Shown here: one piece after another, positions 38,464-49,829 of the stretch
Position numbering within the stretch: position 1 is the stretch's first letter
Layout: each line of letters starts with the position of its first letter
Source of the DNA: Auanema rhodensis
Lineage: Eukaryota > Animalia > Nematoda
Length of the DNA stretch: 64,000 nt
Assembly: GCA_964057225.1 (NCBI GenBank)
Contig: OZ059897.1
Location: 12,152,001-12,216,000, forward strand
Reading direction: 5' to 3'
The notes under the pieces: model-generated
Databases searched by the model: none
Told to the model about the DNA's origin: nothing
What the model saw: only the letters and a program-made list of their open reading frames with translations
Position numbers and translations under genes: made by a program

Positions 38464-38820
38464 GTGTTTTTTGCTGGAAGAAATCCAAAAAACACAATTG
38501 AGACTAAACTTCAAAAAATGTCCTGTGCATACATAGCAAAGTTAAAAGATATCGAATGGGCTAATGAGCACTTGACATGCTATCCACAGCCTCAGGAGTT
38601 AAACCGAGTGACATGTGATATGGCCGGAACGATGGTTTTTCAATATAAAAAATGGAAACTAAAGACTTCTGTTCTTCATTACGATTTGCAACAAAAATTA
38701 GAATGTGAATAGAAAATAGCATGCGAAACAAATTGAATATGAAGGCAAATGGAGAATAGACAAATGCAACCGCTCTACGAGTTCGATTCGATCAAAATGA
38801 AACACATGCAGATTCAAAAA
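38464..38820 (+). mobile_element. Possible Tc1-like transposase remnant
   Basis: FAGRNPK...IEWANEHLTCYPQ..ELNRVTCD resembles Tc1 LHGRKPV...VAWAKAHLRWGRQEWAKHIWSD. No TIRs were found. Confidence 0.25.
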
Positions 38821-40546
38821 TGGAAATAGTAACCCATATTACATAGATAAACATATATATAAAGAGAGAAAGAGATAAACAAAAAAGGGTTCAATTTCCA
38901 AACTGATTTAGATCGTTTATATAAATTAGTGTACAAACGTTCACAGTTCAAATAAATCAAATTAAAGATCTCAAAAACTTTTTTTATTCATTACAGGAAA
39001 ACTGAATATTTATATATTCCTTTAAGTATTCAATAATATTATTTTGAAAAATAGTATATTAGTTTTCGCTAAAAACCATTAAACTAATCTTTCTGCTGTT
39101 CCTCTATAACTACAACTGTCTTCAACTGTGAAAATTGTAAACAAAATTATATATCATCTACCAATAACAGTTTCAAATTTTTTCAACAAGTCTTGGTATT
39201 TCAACCATTTAATGCGAATTCATCTGCTATGAAGCACTTTACATCGATCAGCAGATTTGAAAAAAAAACGATTTTCAGAAAAATCAAAGACGGAAGATTA
39301 ATCATGAGAAAGTTAGGATAACGAATTGTTCTTGTTCAATGCTTTGTAACCCTATTTGCCTCTCAAAGAACAATTCAAGAAACAGAACTTATAATCCCAA
39401 TGAAAACTAAAAACACATCATATTGTAGAAAATACTCGAAAAATGTATGCAGATAAGAATAAAACGAACAAATGATATTATAGTTTAAACTTTGTTCTAA
39501 TTTTTACAAAATGCACTAACTAATCTGAAAATCAAAGAAATAGTTCGAAATAATCCCAAAGCTATTGGAAATTATATTTAAAAAAAGTTCAAATCACTTT
39601 CACAATTTTTTCGAAGCGAATAGCCTTCCTTTATATTTATGAGATGACACTTTCACAGCACAACTGACATGAGACAGATAAGATTGAAGAAAGCTCAATG
39701 ACTGAATATGTTGTAATAGATAAACTAAATATTCGCTTAAGAAAATTCATAAATTTGATTAATATTATATAGACGTAAATAAGTTATTTTGGCTACGAAT
39801 ATACTATTTTCGTGTTTTGACTCAAGTTCAAAGCATGCTTCATGAGAACTTTTACTTAATCTTACCGGTGGTAATTCTAAATACTCACAGAACGCATATA
39901 CCGAGACTCTGATGATTCAAATATTTATTGTAACTTCATAAGTCAAAAAGCTGAAAGAATAAGCAATTATTAAGACTTCTGTACAATAAATTTCTACATT
40001 CCCAAATCTACAGATATTTCAATTGAAATTCATGTAAAAATAAAATCGAATATAAACAACAAAAGCTCATCAAAGCCGAATGATCCTTACAAGACGTTTC
40101 TATCATCACAGATCAGTTAGTGGACCATTGGGTCATGTAAGACACAGTTTAACCGTAAATAATCAAATAGACTCAAAAAAAATTTAAAAAAGAACTATAT
40201 ACACTTGCTCTAACGTTCTATACAAATAAAAATATATCACTAAATTACCCGCCTAAAAAATGTTAAGACAACGGGTTGAAGAGCACGATATATGAGGTAA
40301 ATAGTATTTAGAGTGTATGAAAATAAAATTGCGGATTTTAACCCATGAATTTACCACCTTGAAATAAAGCTAAAACTTTTGAATTTGCATAGCAACATGC
40401 AAAAAATCTGAATTCGATATAACGCACTAAAAAAGGTCACAGAATAATTAACGACAGTTTTGGATTTGTTTTTTCATAAAGACCGTTAGCTGATGAAAAA
40501 TTAATAAATTTGCATGATAGTTGCAATATAGGAGATCAAATCTGAT

Positions 40547-43500
40547 TTAATCTAATGGTAGGTCAGAAGCATCTCGTGATGTTTCATAACGAGCACGGCG
40601 AGTGCATTTAGGGCATTCAGCTTGAATACATTCTAAATGAAATAACGAATAGCATTCGGAACACTGCAATATTGTAAATTATAAGAAACTAGGGAGAACT
40701 ATAAACAAACTCGGTGGGTATTAGACGTGTTGAATGGATATATTACTTCTTTGGCATTGCATATTTCACAAATAAATCCTTTTTGTTTACATGTCGTGCA
40801 AGCTAGTACATGCCCTATAGCAAATTTGAGCCAATTGGACAATTGGCGTTCTAAAGTACCAGACTTCACGGCCTCCAAATCCTGCACAAAAAAAGGTTAA
40901 AAATAGGCCAGGAAATTTCAAACTTACTGAGAACGAATATAAATGGATATCGTTGTAAATATAATCCCTTGGCTCAATCTTTTTTCGTAATTCATCAGCA
41001 ATAGTTGGACGACAAGTGAATAAATATCTTGCAGCCAGCGACAATCGAACTCTCAAGTCCTTAAATTTAACAAATCTATAAACAATAGTAAAAACTAAAA
41101 ATATTACTTTCACAGATTGAAGACAAGGGCAATGATCGTATAATCCGTCGTTATGATCAACTAAGTTAATAATGGCATTATCCTAAAACACAATAAAAAA
41201 ATTAAAAATTAGGGAAATGTAAATTACGTTATGTAGATTTAAGAATGCTCTTCCTTTTTGAGAAACATCTCTTTTTGACCAATCCCATGATTGGATAACA
41301 CGAGATGGAATAGAACTGGATCCTCCTGGCGATAAACAATCTATACAATAGTACAAGCCATCCATTGCACAACAACTACAAAAAGTTTTAAAATTTGGAA
41401 CAAGTCGTGGCTATCATCTAACCCATATTTTGCATAGCCAAATTGCGGTCCAATAGATTTCCTACACAAAGCGCAACGAAATTCCTGGAATTTTTGATAA
41501 TAAATTAGTTACATATGAACATTTGAAAACCTGAGCTGGTAGCCCAATCTCAAAAGGAATCATAGTTAAAACATCAACGACACCTCTTTCGCCTTTATCG
41601 CTATCACTATCCTTAAACCGAAAAAGATCATAGAATAACTTCAAAGCGTTTCTCACTTGATGTTCATTTGAAGATGCTTTACTTAATAGATCCCTATCTT
41701 CTATTACAGGAGACTAAATCATATTATTACTGAAATTACTAAAGAACCCTAAAACCTCTTGTTCCAAAGCAGAACGCAATGCCTGTCCGAAGCTGACAAC
41801 ACCAATGCTACAGTCGGTACTAGAAGACGATGACAGACAGTTGCTTTCAGATTCCACACTCTAAAAATCGAAGAAGATATGATTAGACCAGAAACATTTT
41901 CGAACTCTAGCTACAGCCCAGCCTTTACCCATTAGGGTGTTGCTGCAAGCTGAATCATCATGTGAGTTAAAAGGGATGGCATTAGTTAGTTCATCGAGCA
42001 GGGAAGTGCCAAGGGTAGCAGACTTAATAAAAACAAAACTGAAGAGAAAAAAAGATGTTCATACCTCATCGCAATCGATTTGAGCTGGTGACGCACTATT
42101 GCCGACATCTTGATGTAGCCCAAATGATGGTGGCTCATCTTTGGGTGAAAAGGGAATTTCTTCTTCTTTAGTGGGAGAGTAAGGAATATCTTCGTCAGGT
42201 CCATAAAATGAAACTTGCTTTGCCTCAATCTTTTCACTTTTAGGCAAATCTTCGTTATTTTTTTCTTCTTCAATTTCATCTTGCTCAGTAGTCGGCTCAT
42301 ATATGAGTGAAGGATCGAAAACAAATGGAAGCGGTGGAGGTGGTGTTTCTGATCCAAATACAGCATCATAAGCACTTCTTTTAGCGGCTTTATGTAATTG
42401 TTCTTCGGGCTCTATTTCGATCGGAGCTGTAATAAACCGGAGATAACACTAATTTAAACATTATCAATCATACCAGTTAGTGCTTGTTTAGTTTGTTCAG
42501 CTCTGTTTTCAAGCGTTGTAGCTAGGAGATTACCCAAAAGTACATCTTGAGGAAGATTGGGTAATGAACTGGCAAGGAATCTGTCTCTTGAGTCAACATC
42601 AGACCTAATAGGAACATCAATAACATTTTCTGTTGGAGAGCTATTCCGTGTACTACTATCTCCCTGAAAGTAAAAAATAAGCTTAAGATAATTTGAAAAG
42701 AGCATACAGATTCTTTCATGTACAGGGACATTCTTGGGTTTGAAGCACTACTTCCAATAGAAGGTTTTCTTGGACATGCTGTTCTACGATGCACGAACAA
42801 TGGCTTCAATAGAAAAAATAAATGTATGCAGGACAATACAAAAATACCTGATGTGTAGTATCAGGTGATCCTCTAGTAAATGAACTTTCAGAACGAGGTG
42901 TAGATGATATAATAGCATCATCGTTTTTATCAAGTAATGACGGATGAGAATACGTTGATGATACATCATCATCAGAAACTTTCCGATTCGGAATACGATT
43001 GGGAGAAATATTACCAGAAAGAATATCAAGAGCATTTGTTCCAACTTCCTCAGAGTCTTTTGAAGAGCGGCGAATAAGTATAGCACTACCTAAAGCTAGA
43101 CATGAAGCTGATAAGAGAAATGTGCTCTACTCTTGATAGGTTTCCCAGAAACCAGACCAGCTAAAATTAGCGGCGAAGGAGTCCAGGAATTTAAAAAAGA
43201 ACTATTCGTGGCAGCATTTAGCGATAGTAAAGAAAGACCCTATAAGATAGTTAAAAGTTAGTATCATAAAACTCATTTTCAAACTTACTTTCAGAATTCC
43301 CTTTAAACGTTCAATACGTTCGCAATCCTTAAGAAAAGCATACTCATTGTAAAACTGACTGAAAACAAGGAAATAATAATTGATCAGTTTAAAACAAACA
43401 CCTCAACGCTTTTTTTTCACTTAGTAACAAATCAACATAATGTTCTAATGATCTTTCATTCAAAACTATTCGAATCCAAGCCTAAATTCTAAATGTTTAC

Positions 43501-43930
43501 TAAAAACTGTATTTGAATAGCTTACGCGACTACGACCTATCTCTGTTTTGATCTGATTAAGGTTTCTTATTTGATTAGTAATACCACGATGAGAGTACTT
43601 AGAAACAAAGGGCCAAAAATTCTTAAAAAAATTAAAGATCAAACAACTTATATCAAAATAAAAATATACAGGTTCAGGATATTTAGCATAACGGGAACCT
43701 TTCAGGAAGAACGGATCTCTTAAACCATGAATGAAAACGGCTTCAATAACATTACAAATAGTCAATGTAATTTCACTTAAAATCAAATATAGATACATCT
43801 AGACAGCAAAGTACCTTGATACATATTCCTTTGAGGATACAGGTGTGGATATAGCCGCTTTCAAAACGGATTCTAATTCATTTGATAACTCAGTCTTCGT
43901 TTTTTCATGGTTTGAACGTTCAGCACTCAT
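40547..43930 (-). CDS. cup-14: RUN-domain plus Rubicon-homology (DUF4206) protein, PLEKHM1/CUP-14-like, about 20 exons
   Basis: N-terminal RUN motifs ICNVIEAVFIHGL...NFWPFV...IKTEIGRSRAWIRIVLNE, a low-complexity middle, and C-terminal RH motifs GLPAQEFRCALC, YYCIDC, IPSRVIQSWDW, HVLACTTCKQKGFICEIC and CSECYSLFHLEC...CPKCTRR. All introns splice in frame. The assignment to cup-14 rather than Rubicon is from memory of domain architecture. Confidence 0.88.
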
Positions 43931-44062
43931 TGTCTAAAAAATATTATGCGTAGTTACATATATACATAACAAGAAAAAGACGCCAAAATGATACGACATA
44001 ATACTAAAATAACGGCAATTTCATATCTTGCAACACTAATTATCTTCCAGTACAGTGTCGTG

Positions 44063-44467
44063 CACGTGATATCACAAATTTAAAGATATGAACACTAAAG
44101 GTAAGTGATAAAGTTTGCAATGCAAATTTAACAGAACAGTGAGATAAAAATAAAAAATAGAGACTATATTTCAGTAGTGAATGATGATTAAGAAATATTT
44201 TTGTACAAAATATAAACTGTTTACTTTTGTATCTTGAAAGTAATAAGTAGTTTTCTAGAATTAATATATAATAATATTCTTCCTACATTATTCTAAAACA
44301 TTTAAATCTAGATATAGTAATATATTAATTTATATATCTATAATTATATAATTTAGACGCGAATAATGCGGGAAATTGCAAAGTTATAAACACAGCCAAG
44401 TTTACGCCATCAGGTTAGCTGACATATTCGAGGTGCTTTCGGTTTGCGCACTGTTCGGTGACGTCAC
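44063..44467. promoter_or_regulatory. Bidirectional promoter between the cup-14-like gene and ccm-3
   Basis: Divergent ATGs at 43930 and 44596. Motifs: CACGTGA E-box 44063-44069, TGATAA about 44105, E2F-like GCGGGAAA 44368-44375, and palindromic CRE GTGACGTCAC 44458-44467. Confidence 0.5.
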
Positions 44468-44595
44468 TGGACGGTCTATGTATCTATTTGTCAATTGAAC
44501 ATGTATATATATATATGTGTAGAAATAAATTATGCTTTTTTTATTACCTTATTTTAGGAAACTGTTCTAATCTTTTAAACATTTGCAATCCTAGC

Positions 44596-45705
44596 ATGTA
44601 CAACCAGAACGTGAATTCTTATTTTTGAAATATATACAAATTAATTCATTTTAGAGACTCGGAATGAATGACGAGGGCGGTTATCTTGGTGCTATGACTT
44701 ACCAATGTCTTTATAGTGTGGTTATGGATAAAATTCGTTCCTCTAGAAAAGATGATCAAGCTGCTCAAGCTGCCATTCATGTATGAAATGTGAATTTTAA
44801 AAATATAAATGTTCATTCTACAGAGATTAAGATCAGCACTGAAACAATCTGAAGCTTCCTCACCTTCTTTTCTTTTTGATTTAACTAAAATTCTACTTGA
44901 ACAATCCGAATTGAATGTTAATTTACAGGTATTTCAATTTCTGTAATTAGAAAATCGAGGTTTCACCTCTTTTGTAGGAATCATTTTTACGAATGCATCA
45001 TAATTCTCCTCCTGAAGATCTTGTGGTATATGGATATGATCACATAGCGGAATACAAAGAATTAACAAACAGGTATCATAATTGAATAATTTGAAAAATA
45101 ATTAGTTTTAGAGCAACTGAGTTACGTAGAGTATTGTCCCGAGTTCCAGAGGAAATGAGCGATCGTCACGCCTTTCTGGAAACAATTAAGGTTGTTTTTA
45201 AAACATTGCTAACGTCAATCTCTTCATAAAATCGAAAAGAAACGAGAAAACAACCGATCACTTTCTGCGCGTGGTTTAAAATAAAATATCAGCTAATTTT
45301 CATCGATTCTTGTTATATCAATTGAAACACAAGCCTGTTATTACGAACGTAGAATTATGTTGACCATTTTAGGAAATAGCTTCTTCTATTAAAAAACTGT
45401 TGGATGCTATTAATGCTGTGTATCAAATTGTTCCTCCTAATGCACAACAAGGTATATCCCATAATTTAACTTGATCTTATTTTTTTAGCTGTTGAAAAGA
45501 GAAAGCGAGAGTTTGTTCATTACGCGAAACGGTTCAGCGATACATTAAAAACTTATTTCCGTGATCAGAATGCTACTCAGGTAACACTTGAGTTCAATGT
45601 AATGATTGACAAAATCGTATTCAGGTCACAGTTTCTGCCAATCAACTTGTCTTTCAAACTTCTTTAATCGTGAGAACTATCAATGATAAGCTTCGAAGAG
45701 CTTAA
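44596..45705 (+). CDS. ccm-3: PDCD10/CCM3 ortholog, 8 exons
   Basis: MYNQNRLG-MNDEGGYLGAMTYQCLYSV...PSFLFDLTK...VNLQESFLRMH...ELRRVLSRVPEEMSDRHAFLETIKEIASSIKKLLDA...EKRKREFVHYAKRFSDTLKTYF...SANQLVFQT...KLRRA*. This is very close to nematode CCM-3. The ATG at 44663 is an alternative start. Confidence 0.95.
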
Positions 45706-46096
45706 ATATACAAAATGATCTACAGAACGTTTTTTTATAAATTCTGAATATTTATTTTCTTTAATTAGTATTACATCTGTTTCAATCATAACTTACTAAT
45801 AGCTTTAAGCTACTTAATTATTGTCATATGTGCTGCAGCAAATGTTTTGTGCCGTATATTGACATCTATTTCTCAAAATAATTTTTTGATACATCCATTT
45901 CTCTTTTTGATATATGACGTTGTGCCTTTGATTCACTTTTCGGAACATATCACTTTGAACTCATTGGACGTAAATAATAATATAGTTTGTATTTAATATT
46001 GTTAAGTATTTTTTCTTGAATATATGGAGAAATCCGTCAATATTTCTTAATATTGCTTCTATTTTATGTATTTTTTAAGCTTTGTTTTAGCTTGGG

Positions 46097-46699
46097 ATGG
46101 ATGATGATGAAGACCTTTTCGGATCAGATCTCGAGGATGATGAGAAAAGAACCGAGAAGGTATAATTAGTCAGAAAAACTATAAATATTGTTTCGTTTTC
46201 AGCTTTCTCCTGAGGACAAGAAAGTCATGTTCCGGAAAGAGTTGAGGGCTATGTTATTCGGTTTTGGAGATGACAAGGTATCAAATATCTTGATTCACAA
46301 TGGTTTTTATTCTTATTCAACAGGTACCATTCGACAAAACATTGGAAACACTAGAAGCAATTGTATTGGATTATATAAAGGTTTTATTATATTACTATTT
46401 TATTATATTTTATTTTTAATAGGATTTATGTGAACGTGCTGTAAAAGTTGGAAAACCAGACAAACTTGGATTAGAAGATATACATTATTTGATTCGTCGA
46501 GATCCGAAAAAGTTTGCGAGAGTCAAGGTACATATCTACTATTTATACTCAATTATCTCGCTGATATGTCTATCTAGCCATTGAAGTGGAATTGCATTTC
46601 ATTTTTCTACTTGACTTTCTTTTATAGGATCTTCTGTCGATGAGTGAAGAACTGAAAAAGGCCAGGAAACAATTTGAAGATGCCAAACCAAGCATTTGA
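46097..46699 (+). CDS. taf-13: TFIID subunit TAF13, 5 exons
   Basis: MDDDEDLFG...FRKELRAMLFGFGDDKVPFDKTLETLEAIVLDYIKDLCERAVKVGKPDKLGLEDIHYLIRRDPKKFARVKDLLSMSEELKKARKQFED, the TAF13 histone-fold signature. Confidence 0.95.
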
Positions 46700-46989
46700 A
46701 AAATTTTCTTCTCTGTCACTGTTTGTATATTTTCGAATGATTTCCTTAAATCACCATGGTTTTGTTTCCGATATGCAGTTTCTGGTTTCATTCTAAGCTA
46801 ACAGAAATATCTTTCGTTAGAACAAACATTTCTCGTGAAATGCATCATGGTTTTAATTGTATTCATATAAATTTGTATCTAATATGTTTTTTTTTTGTTT
46901 CATTTGTTTGTCTTGTAAAATTTGACATATTTTTCCTTTAACTGAGTTCATGATCTTGGCTGTGAAGAAACGGTGAAACACGGATGTTT

Positions 46990-47560
46990 CACATTTACAT
47001 AGTTTCTGTAGCTGATCATCATTTCACTGATTTTGAGCAACTATGAAGAACTTTGTTTGGCCGTATCTCGATTCAGCTTTCAATTTCCTCTTCTCCGTTC
47101 TTGATGCTCTGTTCCCTTCCATATGTTCTTTCTGATGCTATTCTGTCTTCTACGTACAAGCTAAACTAGTACAGGAAATTGCTATCTCATGTTCTGCCTT
47201 AAACAACCAACATTCTTTCAGTAGCTTTTCTTGTTCATAGTTGCATGTTGTTGAAAGTTGGATATTTATTTTTGTTCTCTCTTTCGTATTAACTATTTTC
47301 TCCGGAAATCCGTCTGTCACAAACCTATATAATTCACATACCCTCTGTAAGACCATATGGTTTTGATTTCTTTGATGACGATGTAAGCATTAGCCAACAA
47401 TGAAATCACTACATGAATTTGCTTTAACTTTGTCTGCTATGCATCGCTTAAGCTTCGGCTTCTAGATATATAATATAATCGGAATGTCTGTTCATACTCT
47501 TATTCCCGGACTCGAAATTTGTCCTTTTCTTTGTTTTCTTTTCTTCCCAAATATCTCTTG
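46990..47560 (-). mobile_element. Decayed RTE-like endonuclease and linker fragment
   Basis: KKTKKRTNFESGNKSMNRHSDYII resembles the APE-endonuclease motif KK...RWTW.SP.......IDYIL. It is followed by a charged, stop-interrupted frame. Confidence 0.3.
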
Positions 47561-47679
47561 TCCGTATCAAATTCGCAACACAGAAGGTCATTAATATAAT
47601 GTAACATATTATGCTTTCATAAAATTTGAAATTTTAACTGCTAAAGGAGCTTTTTTTCAATTCTTAACTACGTCACTTG

Positions 47680-47940
47680 AGTGGTGGGAGGGTTGATTTG
47701 ATGGTAGTGAAACCTAAGATTCACGGAAGGAATTGTGTAATTAAGTGACCCGAGCGCTTGCTGCCGTTTCTCAATTTCGTCGTCATTTGGCGCATTCTTG
47801 ACCATATATGGAGCGTAATCGTGCTGCCTTTATGAGACCAAGATGATGAGATTTCTATATTAGGAGAGGGCAATTGAGCTGTTTGGACGGCTGAGACGAA
47901 GGATAAGCAGAAGAAGAAGAAGAAAAAGAAGAAGAAACGC
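47680..47940 (+). mobile_element. RTE-like 3' end with (GAA)n tail
   Basis: DGSET* (cf. YGSETW), WRILDHI (cf. WRWLGHI) and RPR**DF (cf. P.RW.D) occur in order, followed by GAAGAAGAAGAAGAAAAAGAAGAAGAA at about 47910-47937. Confidence 0.4.
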
Positions 47941-48036
47941 TGAAATCGACGTGGTAGTGGCTCAAGACGACGACGAAAACGAGGAGAAGCCGGCGACGAC
48001 GACGACGGCGGAGAGAATATTCTGATTCTCCGTGCA

Positions 48037-49829
48037 ATGCATATTTTTCAATTTATTGTTGAATTACAATTGATATACATCATTCCTTCTATTATTCTCT
48101 ATGTGGCAGAGCTCATTTATCTTATTCGAAATAAAGATCCACAATTCAAATCAGCGTTTCACACAATTTTTTTTGCAAGAGGTATATCTTTAACATCTGT
48201 TGAAATTTTTATCAAATATGAGTATATAAATATTCTTATAGGACCAGCTGATATAGTTCAAGTTATGACTAGTCTAATTGCTTTCAGACTACCTTTAGCA
48301 GGATGGAAGGTTAATAAATAATTAAAATTTAATTTTAGAATCAGAAGAGTTTTTTTTCAGTTTGTGCTTCATTTTCCTTGGATTGCCAAGGTTGGATTTG
48401 TTCTTTCTCAATATGCAACATTATTGGAACTTTTTGCTCAGCTGCTTCTGGCTATTAACCGCATGACAGCAATAGCGTATCCTCTAACTCATCGTTGGGT
48501 AAATTTTTATATTTCATATATAAAATGAATAAAAATAGTTTCCTTGGCTTACAATTATCTCATAAATTTCAGATGTGGTCGCCCAAGTCCATGTTATTTC
48601 TATTACTGATTAGCGCATTTCTTGCTATGCTTCCTACGGCCATCAGATTTCCTCAACCAGCTGGATATTCGGATCTTGGAGATCATGTAGTGCCTCAACT
48701 TTTAAATAAAGAAGATCAACAGGTTAATACTCTGTTTTATACTATTATATGAAACTAGTAATATTTCAGCTTAATTCTGTCGTTTCATGCATTATTTACC
48801 TATTTTTTGGTTTAACATCTCTTATTCTCAATACCACATCAGTATGCATACTCTCAAAACAGCGTAAAGAAAAAGTACGTTTTTTGATTCTCTTACTAAG
48901 ATAAATACAAAAAACAATCATAATATCTTACTAATCTTTTAGTTGTTCGATCAACAACATAGGTTGGCCATACGGGTACAGTACAATCTACTGGTATATT
49001 CATTCAGTTTTACGCTCACAATAATAGCTATGACCATATTTCAAGTTAGTTTTTCATGATTTTTTTTATGAATTTTCGAATTTTATCATAAATATTTTAA
49101 TGTTTTAATCGCGTTTTCAGAGTTTTCTGGCCTTGGGTATCATACCCTTAGGATCAACTGCATACCTTATAATTTTGTTTTCGTTAACATTGGCTGCAGA
49201 TGTGTTTGCGTTGTCTAATCCTTGGTTATTACTTCTTTTATCTGCTCCATTTAGGTATATTTAGTTGATATTCAATGAACTTTATAAAACGCTAACCTAG
49301 CATCAGTCACTAAATTTTAAACCTCACTTTTGAAGAAATCCTGACATAATAGTTGAGCATTAGAACTTTGAAAAAATATAAAAGACTGAGAAAGATTGTA
49401 AGAGAGAGAGAACCCGACATCCTGAATACTAGAAAGAGATTGAGAAAAGTAGGAAGAGATAAAGAAAACGGGAACAAAATTCGGATATACAAAGAAAAAA
49501 ATAGGTGGCAAGATAAATTTATGCATGTGATCATGAGAGCTTTCAAAAGAGAAGTCAAGTACGTCAAACATTGTGACATCATTTATTAAAAATGCTACAT
49601 TCTTCAGTTTTTTCTTTCAATTTAATTTGGTATTGTTTATTTTGGCTGAACGTTTCACCGGGTTTCAATTTTTACTATATGTAATATTTAGTTATATTCT
49701 AAAAAGATTAAATGTTAAAAAATCATTTTATAAACTATAAGAATAATATAATTTCATGATTTTAGGTCTCATTTTCTGAAGATTAGAATGCCGAAGCTCT
49801 TCAGAGATCGCTCAACGGATTGCGTATAG
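48037..49829 (+). CDS. Serpentine 7TM chemoreceptor, Srg-superfamily-like, 8 exons
   Basis: YIIPSIILY...FKSAFHTIF...DIVQVMTSLIAFRLP...LLAINRMTAIAYPLTHRWMW...DVFALSNPWLLLLLSAPFR-SHFLK...DCV*. It has seven TM segments and the NRMTAI..P..H and D...L..P..LL..S..R motifs of Srg/Srv receptors. Confidence 0.85.
49320..49590 (+). mobile_element. Decayed LINE RT fragment inside the last (about 510 nt) intron of the Srg-like gene
   Basis: TFEEILT**LSIRTLKKYK...IRIYKEKNR...KFMHVIMRAF loosely matches RT domains 0-2. This would explain why the intron is ten times longer than its neighbours. Confidence 0.3.

Noticed and set aside
40330-40350. GGATTTTAACCCA, resembling an SL2 leader
   Set aside because: There is no following splice donor, stem-loops or Sm site.
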